Part shown: positions 18,342-27,420 of the stretch, one piece after another
Numbering within the stretch: the first letter of the stretch is position 1
How the letters are laid out: every line of letters begins with the position of its first letter
IMG/VR virus record: IMGVR_UViG_3300028558_000016
Coordinates: 372,001 to 436,000 of that record
Direction: 5' to 3' (one strand)
Length of the DNA: 64,000 bases
Notes under the pieces: generated by a model
What the model saw: only the letters and a program-made list of their open reading frames with translations
Told to the model about the DNA's origin: nothing
Databases searched by the model: none
Made by a program: the position numbers and the translations under genes

Positions 18342-19398
18342 TATGCCAATAGGAATCCAAGCAATGGGTCCAGCCGAAGTAATAACGGAAATGTTTCTTC
18401 GTCCTGGATCCATTTCTGCTTATAGAGAGCAGATGGATCTGCTTGATAAAAACAAGGAACATATTTCTGTTCACGATGGATTTTCTATAATAACTTTCTG
18501 GGAACCTGCAACGAAGGCTTTCAATGCCGGCTGGAAGATGAGAGTTGTTTATGGCGAAGTAAAAGAAAAGAAATATTTTGTAAAAGATAATTGGAAAAAC
18601 AAAACAGTTTATTCTGGTGCAAGGCCTGAATGCGAAAAATACGTTCAGGGAAATAACACATATCAATTAAATTATTCTCGTTTGACAATCGAAATTAATT
18701 CAACTCTCGATGATAAGTTGGATGAATTAAAAAAGATTATTTCTGACTCAACAAAGCCAGATGAGAACGAATTGCGTTTTGCAAAGGCTACATCTAATTG
18801 GATCAAGGGTCCTGTCATGGGTTGGTTGAATGATAACAAGCTTGATTTCACCACTCGTTCTAAACCATCTCATCATAAATCATTAGTCACTGGAAATCTT
18901 TTCGACTATGAAAAATATTCTGCCATTGATGAAGAGAAGTGGTGGCCTAAAGATTCTCCTGATGCAAAACTTTATTTGCCTCTTCCTAAAGACGAATATC
19001 CTTACACAGTCGTGTATTCTGAAGAGGAGAGTAATTTTCCAATAAAATCTGAACATTTAAAAGAATTAATAAGCTTGGTTGAATTTACAGATCTTATTAG
19101 TTTCTCTACTGCTTCCAAAACTGTTTTTCCTGAGATGATCAAAAATCCAGATGAAAAACCTTGGGATATAATTCAAAGATTAAATTTGATGCAAAGCAAT
19201 GATGATGATGCCATCAAACAAATGGCCAAAGATGCTTTAGCAAAATATCCCGACAAGGTTGAAGAATATAGGAAAGGAAAGAAGGGAGTTCTCAGCCTGT
19301 TCATGGGCGAAGTAATGAAAGCCGGTAAAGGAAAAGTAAATCCGCAAATGGCTTCAGAAATAGTAAAAAATCTTTTGGAAGAAAAGGAGGGAGCATAA
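18334..19398 (+). CDS. protein with C-terminal GatB/YqeY domain
   Basis: VEEYRKGKKGVLSLFMGEVMKAGKGKVNP. Confidence 0.8.
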   Translation: MSNMPIGIQAMGPAEVITEMFLRPGSISAYREQMDLLDKNKEHISVHDGFSIITFWEPATKAFNAGWKMRVVYGEVKEKKYFVKDNWKNKTVYSGARPECEKYVQGNNTYQLNYSRLTIEINSTLDDKLDELKKIISDSTKPDENELRFAKATSNWIKGPVMGWLNDNKLDFTTRSKPSHHKSLVTGNLFDYEKYSAIDEEKWWPKDSPDAKLYLPLPKDEYPYTVVYSEEESNFPIKSEHLKELISLVEFTDLISFSTASKTVFPEMIKNPDEKPWDIIQRLNLMQSNDDDAIKQMAKDALAKYPDKVEEYRKGKKGVLSLFMGEVMKAGKGKVNPQMASEIVKNLLEEKEGA

Positions 19399-19413
19399 CT
19401 GCTCCCACTTTCT
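19386..19413. terminator. hairpin between convergent genes
   Basis: GGGAGCA-TAAC-TGCTCCC followed by T-rich tail. Confidence 0.5.
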
Positions 19414-19601
19414 TATTTAACTGTAGATGTTGCAACAACTGTAGGAGTTGCAATCACTGAAGCAGCTTCAACTGCTTTACAAGTATCAACACACGCTTTC
19501 GTTGTGTCACAAACTTCATTAACAACTTCAACTTCCGTTTTAGGAGTTCCACATGCAGCAAACATCGTCGTTGCAATAATTAAAAGTACAATCTTTTTCA
19601 T
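19413..19601 (-). CDS. small lipoprotein
   Basis: MKKIVLLIIATTMFAAC lipobox. Confidence 0.7.
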   Translation of the reverse strand: MKKIVLLIIATTMFAACGTPKTEVEVVNEVCDTTKACVDTCKAVEAASVIATPTVVATSTVK

Positions 19602-19716
19602 AGATTTTGTTGGGTTTTTAGTTTAGTTCCATATTAAACCGGGTCACGGTCAGGCTATATATAAATCACTGAGAAGTTAGTTTCAATCGATATATACAGC
19701 ACCACAATCATTTCCA

Positions 19717-19914
19717 TTGAAGCCAAAATTTAAAATCGGACAAACCATTTATTACATGTATCTCAATTGGATATGCAAATCTAAAGTGAAAAATCATTAT
19801 GAAAAAGATGGGAAGATCTTTTATTCTGATGACAGAAATGATGAAATATTAGAAAAATTCGTATTTGATAATAAGCCCGAACTGATTGATTTTCATATAA
19901 ATAGAACAAAATAA
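19717..19914 (+). CDS. hypothetical protein
   Basis: ORF track (KFKIGQ start). Confidence 0.55.
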   Translation: MKPKFKIGQTIYYMYLNWICKSKVKNHYEKDGKIFYSDDRNDEILEKFVFDNKPELIDFHINRTK

Positions 19915-19919
19915 ATAAA

Positions 19920-19960
19920 TAATTTTTCTGGTTTAAAAATAAGTGCCTATATTTGTATTC
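19920..19960 (+). promoter_or_regulatory. conserved operon promoter block
   Basis: TTTTTCTGGTTTAAAAATAAGTGCCTATATTTG. Confidence 0.6.
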
Positions 19961-19978
19961 AAGTTGAAAATCTTTAAG

Positions 19979-20032
19979 GGTTGCATTCAGCATAACAAAT
20001 CATCTACAAAATGAAACCAAAAGCAATCTGAA
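19979..20032 (+). ncRNA. CAGCA-motif structured element, copy A
   Basis: GGTTGC-ATTCAGCATAACAAA...GCAATC-TGAA. Confidence 0.55.
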
Positions 20033-20087
20033 GAATTTCAATGAAACAAAAAAGAAAAAAGATATATAACATAAGATATTAAAAAAA

Positions 20088-20142
20088 GGATGCGTTCAGC
20101 ATAACAAACTTACAATTGAAAAGTAAACCAAGGCATCCTGAA
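20088..20142 (+). ncRNA. CAGCA-motif structured element, copy B
   Basis: GGATGC-GTTCAGCATAACAAA...GCATCC-TGAA. Confidence 0.55.
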
Positions 20143-20155
20143 AAATTTTAAAGAA

Positions 20156-20248
20156 ATGAAAAAAGTAAATAACATAATCCCGCAGTTTCAGTTTGTGGTG
20201 CCGTTTAGCGGTTCCAACGGGCGTGTTATGTACTTTGACGATTTGTAA
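20156..20248 (+). CDS. attenuator leader peptide, Pro/Phe/Val-rich (30 aa)
   Basis: MKKVNNIIPQFQFVVPFSGSNGRVMYFDDL*. Confidence 0.8.
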   Translation: MKKVNNIIPQFQFVVPFSGSNGRVMYFDDL

Positions 20249-20298
20249 AAGAAAACGTTAGACAACAGAAAGCCCGGTGGAAACATCGGGCTTTTTTT
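20218..20298 (+). terminator. attenuator: antiterminator and intrinsic terminator
   Basis: CGGGC(20218-22) can pair GCCCG in the 5' arm of AAAGCCCGGTG-GAAA-CATCGGGCTTT-TTTT. Confidence 0.8.
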
Positions 20299-20311
20299 AT
20301 TTGCAAAATTT

Positions 20312-20384
20312 CGGGGTGTAGCGCAGTTGGTAGCGCGCGTGGTTTGGGGCCATGAGGTCGTCGGTTCGAGCCCGGCTACCCCGA
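20312..20384 (+). tRNA. tRNA-Pro(TGG)
   Basis: CGTGG-TTTGGGG-CCATG; CGGGGTG/TACCCCG. Confidence 0.9.
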
Positions 20385-20511
20385 CAGAAAAAGTCCTGTG
20401 ATTGACAAGAGTGTGTAAACCTTACAGGAAACGCACGGCTCCGCAGAGGAGTTAGAACTGGAATTGAGGGATACCAGATTGTTGATCGAATGGAAAATTG
20501 TTCTTTGAAAT

Positions 20512-20585
20512 GTGGGAGTAGCTGAGTTGGTTCAAGCGCCAGACTGAAAATCTGGAGTAGATCGGTTCGAGACCGATGTCTCACA
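20512..20585 (+). tRNA. tRNA-Phe(GAA)
   Basis: CCAGA-CTGAAAA-TCTGG. Confidence 0.88.
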
Positions 20586-20633
20586 CGAGTTTTGTTTTTC
20601 CAAGGTTTTGTTTTTCACAAATCAAAACCACCA

Positions 20634-20706
20634 CGAGGTGTGGCGAAGTTGGTATCGCGCCTGGTTTGGGACCAGGAGATCGCAGGTTCGAGCCCTGTCA
20701 CCTCGA
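20634..20706 (+). tRNA. tRNA-Pro(TGG)
   Basis: CCTGG-TTTGGGA-CCAGG; CGAGGTG/CACCTCG. Confidence 0.92.
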
Positions 20707-20717
20707 CAAATGGAAAT

Positions 20718-20790
20718 GTGGATGTAGCTCAGTTGGTAGAGCACTGCCCTGAAGAGGCAGGTGTCGGGGGTTCGAATCCCTCCATCCACA
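20718..20790 (+). tRNA. tRNA-Phe(GAA)
   Basis: CTGCC-CTGAAGA-GGCAG; GTGGATG/CATCCAC. Confidence 0.92.
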
Positions 20791-20796
20791 CGGCGC

Positions 20797-21030
20797 TGTC
20801 CCATGAGGGACTTTTCGTTGAGTATCTGCGGTTGAAATACCGATACAGTCAGACGTGACTTCAAGATGAAACTAAACAGAAAAATGGAAACACTACGGTA
20901 AAAGTCCGGGAGGCAGCGGCAGAATTAAATAGGAAACACCAACAACAGACTAAAAGTTGTTTTGTACGAAGCCCGCTTAAGAAGCGTCGTAGCAATGTCA
21001 AGGTGAGTTACAAAAGAGTCCGTGGGGACA
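20797..21030 (+). ncRNA. candidate structured ncRNA (about 235 nt)
   Basis: ends pair: TGTCCCATG-AGGGACTTTT / AAGAGTCC-GTGGGGACA; internal hairpins; no credible ORF. Confidence 0.5.
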
Positions 21031-21055
21031 CAAAAAACTTTTCCTATTTTAAAAT

Positions 21056-21130
21056 TGACGCATAGCTCAGTTGGTTCAGAGCATCTGCCTTACAAGCAGA
21101 GGGTCGGGGGTTCGAATCCCTCTGCGTCAA
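21056..21130 (+). tRNA. tRNA-Val(TAC)
   Basis: TCTGC-CTTACAA-GCAGA. Confidence 0.92.
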
Positions 21131-21131
21131 C

Positions 21132-21449
21132 ATGGAAAAGAAATTACAGGACAGCTTGGATGCCTTTAAAAATTTAATGGATAACATGTCTGAGGAAGAA
21201 TTAGCAGAAATAAAAGCAAAGTATTTCACAGAAGATGAAATACCAGAAGGCTGGGTTGACATTGAAGAACATTTGCCAATGGTTACATGTCAAGATTTTC
21301 TCGACAACGATGCAATAGTGAAATTCATCAAGGTCAAGGATAAAGACGGAAATATTTTTGATGATCAAGTTGGAGACCATCACATGTGGTACTACAGAGC
21401 AAAGGAAGCTGGAATAACACATTGGTGGAATGAAGTTGAAGAAGAATAA
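21132..21449 (+). CDS. hypothetical protein
   Basis: ORF track; W..I...LP...ITHW pattern. Confidence 0.65.
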   Translation: MEKKLQDSLDAFKNLMDNMSEEELAEIKAKYFTEDEIPEGWVDIEEHLPMVTCQDFLDNDAIVKFIKVKDKDGNIFDDQVGDHHMWYYRAKEAGITHWWNEVEEE

Positions 21450-21454
21450 AACAT

Positions 21455-21530
21455 TGCCCTATCGCTTAGTTGGTTTTAAAGCGTCTCGCTTACAACGAGA
21501 AGATCATCGGTTCGACTCCGGTTAGGGCAA
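21455..21530 (+). tRNA. tRNA-Val(TAC)
   Basis: TCTCG-CTTACAA-CGAGA; TGCCCTA/TAGGGCA. Confidence 0.9.
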
Positions 21531-21531
21531 C

Positions 21532-21789
21532 ATGAAAGATGAAAGTAAAATAACAACTCAGCAATTCAAATTTATTTCTGAATTGCTTTGGGGTGGAGTT
21601 CCCGTTGACCGGGTACAAGCTGAAGAGTCTGCGATGTTCAAAGCGAACGCGCCAAAAATATTAGAGGAATATCCTCTATTGGATAAATCATTTTTTGAAA
21701 AACATAGTAAAAACAAAGGTTATGAAATTGTCAAAAGTAAAAATATACAAGATGAACAAGGTAGGCAAGGAGAAATTGTCGACGGCTGA
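21532..21789 (+). CDS. hypothetical protein
   Basis: ORF track. Confidence 0.5.
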   Translation: MKDESKITTQQFKFISELLWGGVPVDRVQAEESAMFKANAPKILEEYPLLDKSFFEKHSKNKGYEIVKSKNIQDEQGRQGEIVDG

Positions 21790-22852
21790 TTTATTGGAAA
21801 GAACCGGCTACATAAAACAAGTCTCATCTGGATTGTTCGTTCAGATGCACTTTATGAAGTTGGTGATGAATAACATCGAAAAGATCGTTAGAGAAGAACT
21901 AAACAAAATAAGCGCCTTGGAAATTGGATTGAACCAGTTACAAGGCGCTGAAGTTTGGAAGCAAACCGGTCGCTATAATGATTATGGCGCTGAGATGTTC
22001 AAGCTCAAGGATCGTTCAGATAAGGAGATGGTGTTCACAGGAACAAACGAAGAACTCGTGACTGTTGTTGCAAGAGAATATGTGGAGTCATATAGAGATT
22101 TGTCTTTCACATTCTATCAGATAAACAATAAGTTCAGAGATGAAATTCGCTGTAACACAGGTCTGATTAGATGTAAAGAGTTTCTCATGATGGATGCATA
22201 TTCATTTCATGTTAACAAAGAAGATCTCGAAATTAGATATAATGAAATAAGAAATTGTTATATTGCCATATTCGATCGACTCAAACTGAAATACAGAATT
22301 GAAACTGCAGATTCAGGAGAGATTGGCGGATCTGTTTCAGAGGAATTCATAGTTGAAACAAGTGATGGAGATATTGAGATAGGACACATTTTCCAATTAG
22401 ACACAAAATACTCGTCCAAGCTTGAAGCACAATTCATAGATGAAAAAGGCGAAAAGCAGGACATAGTGATGGGATGTTATGGAATAGGAATTTCTCGATT
22501 GGCCCAGGTTCTTGCAGACATTAACAGAGATGGAAATAATCTCAATTGGTCAAGAGAACTTGCAGCATACAGTCATGCAATCATTGTGGCAGATGTGAGG
22601 AACGAAGAACAAATGAGGATTGCTGAAAAGATATACGATGAATTGAAAAGAAAAAAGAAGAACGTATATCTCGATGACAGAAATCTTCGTGTTGGCGAAA
22701 AGCTTACCGAAGCTGACATCCTTGGTTCTGCGAATAAAATTTTAATAGGTAAAAATATAAGTGAAAATAATTTTGAGGTGAAGAAAAATTCAAACGATGC
22801 ATGGGAAAAAATGTCCATGGAAAGCTTGGATTACTTCTTGGAACTTCAGTAA
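21722..22852 (+). CDS. proS: prolyl-tRNA synthetase lacking the INS editing domain
   Basis: WKQTGRY, TNEE, KFRDEIR, EFLMMDAYSF, EIGHIFQL, MGCYGIGISR, anticodon-binding domain. Confidence 0.93.
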   Translation: MKLSKVKIYKMNKVGKEKLSTADLLERTGYIKQVSSGLFVQMHFMKLVMNNIEKIVREELNKISALEIGLNQLQGAEVWKQTGRYNDYGAEMFKLKDRSDKEMVFTGTNEELVTVVAREYVESYRDLSFTFYQINNKFRDEIRCNTGLIRCKEFLMMDAYSFHVNKEDLEIRYNEIRNCYIAIFDRLKLKYRIETADSGEIGGSVSEEFIVETSDGDIEIGHIFQLDTKYSSKLEAQFIDEKGEKQDIVMGCYGIGISRLAQVLADINRDGNNLNWSRELAAYSHAIIVADVRNEEQMRIAEKIYDELKRKKKNVYLDDRNLRVGEKLTEADILGSANKILIGKNISENNFEVKKNSNDAWEKMSMESLDYFLELQ

Positions 22853-22864
22853 AAAGTAGAAATA

Positions 22865-23404
22865 ATGAAAGCAGTTTATATTGGCGAATACGTCAAAGAA
22901 AAAATGTTCGATAGGTTATTGAACGAAGTGGCCTGGGCCAATAAGGAAGCTCCAAGAGACGAATGCTTTATGGCATTGGAATCTTTGGAATATACTTATG
23001 GAAAAGGATTCACAAGAACGTACACTTCTTTAGAAATGCACGTTGAAGTGTTGGGCATCATGAAAAAGATGAACGACGAAATGGGAACCGAGTATAACGT
23101 TTGCTTCTTGAATTATTACAAGAGCGAAAAAGAACACTTAGGTTGGCATGCAGATGATTCTCCTGAAATGGATGAGACACACCCAATAGGTGTTGTATCA
23201 TTTGGAGCTGAGAGATACATTTGGACGAAAAATAAGGACTACAGGGGAAACATTCCTGATGAAGATAAGTATTTATTAGGGGATGGTTCTTTGTTTATCA
23301 TGCCTGCAGGTTTCCAAAAGGATAACTTGCACAAGATACCAAAGAATGACAAACCTTGTGGAGGAAGAATTAGTTTAACATTTAGAAAATTCATAAACAA
23401 ATGA
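22865..23404 (+). CDS. AlkB-family 2OG-Fe(II) dioxygenase
   Basis: NYY...GWHADD...H.IPK...RISLTFR. Confidence 0.9.
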   Translation: MKAVYIGEYVKEKMFDRLLNEVAWANKEAPRDECFMALESLEYTYGKGFTRTYTSLEMHVEVLGIMKKMNDEMGTEYNVCFLNYYKSEKEHLGWHADDSPEMDETHPIGVVSFGAERYIWTKNKDYRGNIPDEDKYLLGDGSLFIMPAGFQKDNLHKIPKNDKPCGGRISLTFRKFINK

Positions 23405-24045
23405 GAAGATTTAAAATAAAACAAACAGAAGACCAGCGGGTCTATTACACGTCGGACACCCATTATGCGCACGCGAATATGTGTCGCGGAGTTTCGCAAT
23501 GGGGCGACCTGGATAACAGCACGAGGAACTTCAAAACTCTAATAGAGATGAACAACGAACTTGTGAATGCGATCAATAGAACCGTTAGGCCCAAAGACAT
23601 ACTCTTCCATTGTGGAGACTGGTCGTTTGGAAACGTGAGCAACGTTGCGGAGTTCAGGAGAAGAATACATTGCGAGAATGTGCACATCATATACGGAAAC
23701 CATGATGATCACATAGAAGACGATGAGACCCTACATGGGCATTTCTCTTCTGTACAACATTACAAGGAATTGGCAATCGATGGAGATATGCTTTGCTTGT
23801 TTCACTACAAGCAGACTATATGGAATAAAAGTCATCGTGATGCTTATCACTTGTATGGTCACTCGCACGCAGGTGCTGAACACATGGTTAACGGAAGATC
23901 CATGGATGTTGGAGTTGACAACGCTTACAAGTTGCTTGGAGAATACAGACCTTTTTCTCACGAGGAAGTTTTGTACTTCTTGAAAGGAAGAAAACAGAAA
24001 GCCATAGATCACCATGGCGCTAAAGGTACTGAGTCACACAAATGA
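23401..24045 (+). CDS. calcineurin-like metallophosphoesterase
   Basis: SDTH, GD, GNHD, GHSH. Confidence 0.9.
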   Translation: MRRFKIKQTEDQRVYYTSDTHYAHANMCRGVSQWGDLDNSTRNFKTLIEMNNELVNAINRTVRPKDILFHCGDWSFGNVSNVAEFRRRIHCENVHIIYGNHDDHIEDDETLHGHFSSVQHYKELAIDGDMLCLFHYKQTIWNKSHRDAYHLYGHSHAGAEHMVNGRSMDVGVDNAYKLLGEYRPFSHEEVLYFLKGRKQKAIDHHGAKGTESHK

Positions 24046-24665
24046 AACAGTATCCGTCCATATCCCATTATGATGATTCGATGATCGGAACACCGATGCT
24101 CGCATTCAACAAGATTGACGGAAGCAATCTGCGGTTTGAGTGGAGCAAGAAGAAGGGATGGAATAAATTCGGAACAAGAAGAACCATACTAAATGAAAAA
24201 GATCCACTCTACATCGGAGTGGATCTTTTCTTATATAAATATGCTAACAAGCTTGAGGAGATATTCAAGGACGATAAAGATTTCAGAGGAATAAGAGAAG
24301 TTGTTGTATTCTGTGAGTTCTTTGGGCCAAACAGCTTTTATGGACAGCATGATTTCATTGACATGGATGTCGTCTTGTTGGACGTCAATCCAATGACAAA
24401 GGGATTCATAAATCCAAGAGAGTTCGTAAAGAAGTTTGGAAAGCTTGGAATTCCTGAAATAGTTTTTGACGGAATATTAACGGCTGAGATGGTTGATGAG
24501 ATCAGAAATTCTGATTTAAAAGAAGGTGTGGTGTGCAAGTGGAACAACAACAGACATCTGCATACGGCAAAGATCAAAACTTATAAATGGCTCAATGAAT
24601 TAAAAGCAAGATATGGGCAGGAAGCATTGGACGAAGAATTTGGAAACATTAAATTAATATCATGA
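24042..24665 (+). CDS. RNA ligase-like nucleotidyltransferase
   Basis: KIDGSN motif I, EFFG, EGVV, KIK. Confidence 0.75.
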   Translation: MKQYPSISHYDDSMIGTPMLAFNKIDGSNLRFEWSKKKGWNKFGTRRTILNEKDPLYIGVDLFLYKYANKLEEIFKDDKDFRGIREVVVFCEFFGPNSFYGQHDFIDMDVVLLDVNPMTKGFINPREFVKKFGKLGIPEIVFDGILTAEMVDEIRNSDLKEGVVCKWNNNRHLHTAKIKTYKWLNELKARYGQEALDEEFGNIKLIS

Positions 24666-25003
24666 CAAAAACTACAAAGAAGGTTAAATCAAAAACCAAA
24701 AAGAAAGCAACGAGAACTTTAAAATCTCATCCATTGGAAAAGAAGTCAGTTGTTAAGAAAGTGGAAAAAGTGATGAAAGATATAAAGAATGGATTGAAGG
24801 TAGGAGGAAAGATTGACATGGCATTTCACGGAGCTGGAGTCACCTCGCACGAAAATAAAACAATCGCAAATTACGATGACAATTTCATCTGGATTGATTG
24901 CGAGAACACAGAAGGTGAATTTTATAAGTTCAACAGAAAGACTGGTAAATGCGTCAATGACAATACATTCGGAGGTTTCTCGAGAACAATAAAACCTCAA
25001 TAA
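24662..25003 (+). CDS. hypothetical protein
   Basis: ORF track. Confidence 0.6.
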   Translation: MTKTTKKVKSKTKKKATRTLKSHPLEKKSVVKKVEKVMKDIKNGLKVGGKIDMAFHGAGVTSHENKTIANYDDNFIWIDCENTEGEFYKFNRKTGKCVNDNTFGGFSRTIKPQ

Positions 25004-25021
25004 TTTTGCGTATATTGCACT

Positions 25022-25188
25022 TGTCTCATTGAAAGATAGCACAACGTGGGAGCGGGCTTTAAAAAGCTCCTTTTCAGAAACGATCCATAAATTAGTGCGT
25101 CAATAGCAAGCCAATAAAGATTCGGATGCATGGACCGAAAGATTGGAGGTGGGGTGGAGAATCGGGAATCCCCCTTTCAATGAAGACA
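25022..25188 (+). ncRNA. candidate small RNA with long closing stem
   Basis: TGTCTCATTGAAAG/CTTTCAATGAAGACA; TATATTG promoter-like box immediately upstream. Confidence 0.5.
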
Positions 25189-25191
25189 CAA

Positions 25192-25265
25192 GACTGCGTA
25201 GCTCAGTTGGTTAGAGTGCTTCCTTGACATGGAAGAGGTCAGCGGTTCGAATCCGCTCGTGGTCA
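25192..25265 (+). tRNA. tRNA-Val(GAC)
   Basis: CTTCC-TTGACAT-GGAAG. Confidence 0.9.
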
Positions 25266-25279
25266 CTAAAATAAAAATA

Positions 25280-25741
25280 ATGTTTTGGTTTAATTTCGCT
25301 TTAACAGCATGGTTTACGTTGGTGCTCATCAACGCTTTATTTATTTTCGATGTTGACATCCTTTTCAAGTTTGTCTGGTCAGACAATCACGGGTTCATCC
25401 CCATAAGCAAAATAAGTGGAAAATTTGGACAAGGAATGATTGGACTTACCAATGAATATAAAGATTCAAAATACAGACTCAAACCATATTTAAGAATTCG
25501 TTGTAAACAAAGATATTATAGAGCAATAGAAAAGAGCAATAAGGATGAAATACTTATTATAAATACAATAGCTGGAAGAAAGGAATACAAAGGATATTCT
25601 GAATTATGGAAAGATTCTTCTTTTAAGGAAGCAAGTCACTCCGAGAGAATAGAAACATCTTATATAAATCCAAACTTTATTCAATTTACATTAACTTGGC
25701 CCAAATGGGAGGAAGATAAAACTCCTACTTTAGAAGAATAA
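25280..25741 (+). CDS. membrane-anchored hypothetical protein
   Basis: hydrophobic N-terminus; start placed after the tRNA. Confidence 0.6.
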   Translation: MFWFNFALTAWFTLVLINALFIFDVDILFKFVWSDNHGFIPISKISGKFGQGMIGLTNEYKDSKYRLKPYLRIRCKQRYYRAIEKSNKDEILIINTIAGRKEYKGYSELWKDSSFKEASHSERIETSYINPNFIQFTLTWPKWEEDKTPTLEE

Positions 25742-25836
25742 CGAATATTTTTCATTTTTGTTAACGAGATGGTGCTAATAACACCATTTTTATTTTATGA
25801 GAAAATTGATTATATTTGTAATAATGTAAATCTGAT

Positions 25837-26577
25837 ATGAGAGTCTTCATTCCAAAAGGTAAAAATGGTTTATTCATTTCTAATGAAATAATAACGGAAT
25901 GCACCTATGCAGCATTCTTTGGTTTTTCCACAATGGGATGGGAAGTGGAATTTTACGAAGGAGATCCTCCAACAGGTTTATCAAGAGATGACGTTGTCAT
26001 CGGTTGGATAACAGGAGTTAAGATGGCAGTTAAGAATTTAGGAATTGAACCTCCAACGGAAATAGATTATCCCGAAGAACTCAATGAATACCTTGGAAGA
26101 AAAATATGGCAGAGCAATCTCCATAAAGTTTATACAGATGATTCAATGTGGCCAGTGTTCGTTAAACCTGTAAAAGGAAAACAATTTGATGGAAAACTTG
26201 TAACAAGCCTAAAGGATTTAGTTGGCCTTGGTTCACAGGAAGACCGAAAGATTTGGTGTTCTGAACCTATTAAGTTTATTTCCGAGTGGAGATGCTTTGT
26301 ACGATATGGAAAAATGATCGACAGCAAAAACTACAAAGGTGATTTTAAAGTTCAACCAAACTTTCACATTATTGAAGCTTGCATAAAAGATTACGTTAGC
26401 CAGCCGGTAGCATTCACCATAGATTTTGGAGTTACCGATGATGGAAAAACTCTATTAATAGAAGTAAATGATGGTTATGCTTTCGGTACTTATGGATTAT
26501 CTCCATTAAACACTGCAAAAATGCTATCTGCTCGTTGGAGTGAGATGGTAGGAATTCCTGACCCTTGTCAATTTTAA
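25837..26577 (+). CDS. ATP-grasp domain protein (DUF4343/R2K-like)
   Basis: FVKP, SEWRCFV, IDFG, LIEVNDG. Confidence 0.8.
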   Translation: MRVFIPKGKNGLFISNEIITECTYAAFFGFSTMGWEVEFYEGDPPTGLSRDDVVIGWITGVKMAVKNLGIEPPTEIDYPEELNEYLGRKIWQSNLHKVYTDDSMWPVFVKPVKGKQFDGKLVTSLKDLVGLGSQEDRKIWCSEPIKFISEWRCFVRYGKMIDSKNYKGDFKVQPNFHIIEACIKDYVSQPVAFTIDFGVTDDGKTLLIEVNDGYAFGTYGLSPLNTAKMLSARWSEMVGIPDPCQF

Positions 26578-26578
26578 T

Positions 26579-27184
26579 ATGAAAAACTGGAAGAAAGTAG
26601 AAATACCTGAATTGATGAAAGATCTTCAGGTGGACAGAAGAGGATTTCCTGCTCCGTTCATTGTGCTGCGTGACAAGAATAATGTTCCGCAATTCATCAT
26701 GAATGATGACACTAAAGTGGAACAGTGCATAGCAGAAGATCTATGTTCTATTTGTGGAAAGAAGATGCATGATGACAAGTGGATGATAGGTGGACCGATG
26801 TCTGCATTCCATCCACAAGGAGCTTATGTCGATGTTCCAGTCCACAAGGTATGTGGAGAATATGCATTACAGGTTTGTCCATATCTTGCTGTTTCAGTTT
26901 ATAATGGAAAACAAACTATGGATGACATTGATGCTGGAAAATTCAGTGTTGATGATGACAAAAGAATGATATTTATAAATCCAACACAAAGTCAAGATAG
27001 AGTTCCATTCTTTGTGTTCAGTAAGATAACAGGATTTGATGTGCAAAGAAGAGGATTAAATCGTTACATTAAACCAACAAGGCCATATCTGGAAATAGAA
27101 TTCTGGAATGATGGAGAGAAGATAAGTGAGGAAGAAGCTATAAGGTTGGCAAAGGAAAAGAATTCAATTAAGTCGAACCAATAA
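26579..27184 (+). CDS. hypothetical protein
   Basis: ORF track; CSIC...H..C...CPYL. Confidence 0.65.
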   Translation: MKNWKKVEIPELMKDLQVDRRGFPAPFIVLRDKNNVPQFIMNDDTKVEQCIAEDLCSICGKKMHDDKWMIGGPMSAFHPQGAYVDVPVHKVCGEYALQVCPYLAVSVYNGKQTMDDIDAGKFSVDDDKRMIFINPTQSQDRVPFFVFSKITGFDVQRRGLNRYIKPTRPYLEIEFWNDGEKISEEEAIRLAKEKNSIKSNQ

Positions 27185-27323
27185 CAACACCATGAGAAAT
27201 GAGCAAATGGAAACTAATCCTCTTCGTGAAGAGGGTATGGGCGAAGATCCGCCCAAAGAAGGAAGCTTGCAGGGAGTATGTTCCAGAGGATCACCTCGGA
27301 ATATAGCCCTGGAAACGGCCCAG

Positions 27324-27372
27324 AAATGGCCCGGGATTGTCTCATAGCAAGACTTCCGGGCCATTTTTATTT
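27324..27372 (+). terminator. intrinsic terminator
   Basis: AAATGGCCCGGGA...TTCCGGGCCATTTTT. Confidence 0.65.
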
Positions 27373-27420
27373 TAGGTATATTATTAGTATATTTGTACTG
27401 AAAATATAACTAAACCAACC

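Noticed and set aside
19979-20142. CRISPR array or preQ1 riboswitch
   Set aside because: Only two diverged copies with covarying stems, no spacer periodicity, no cas genes and no preQ1 consensus.
27192-27372. Possible Met-sensing attenuator for metG (51-aa ORF with three Met ending in a terminator loop)
   Set aside because: Met codons are not clustered, no tRNA follows, the conserved promoter block is absent, and a new promoter lies right after the terminator.
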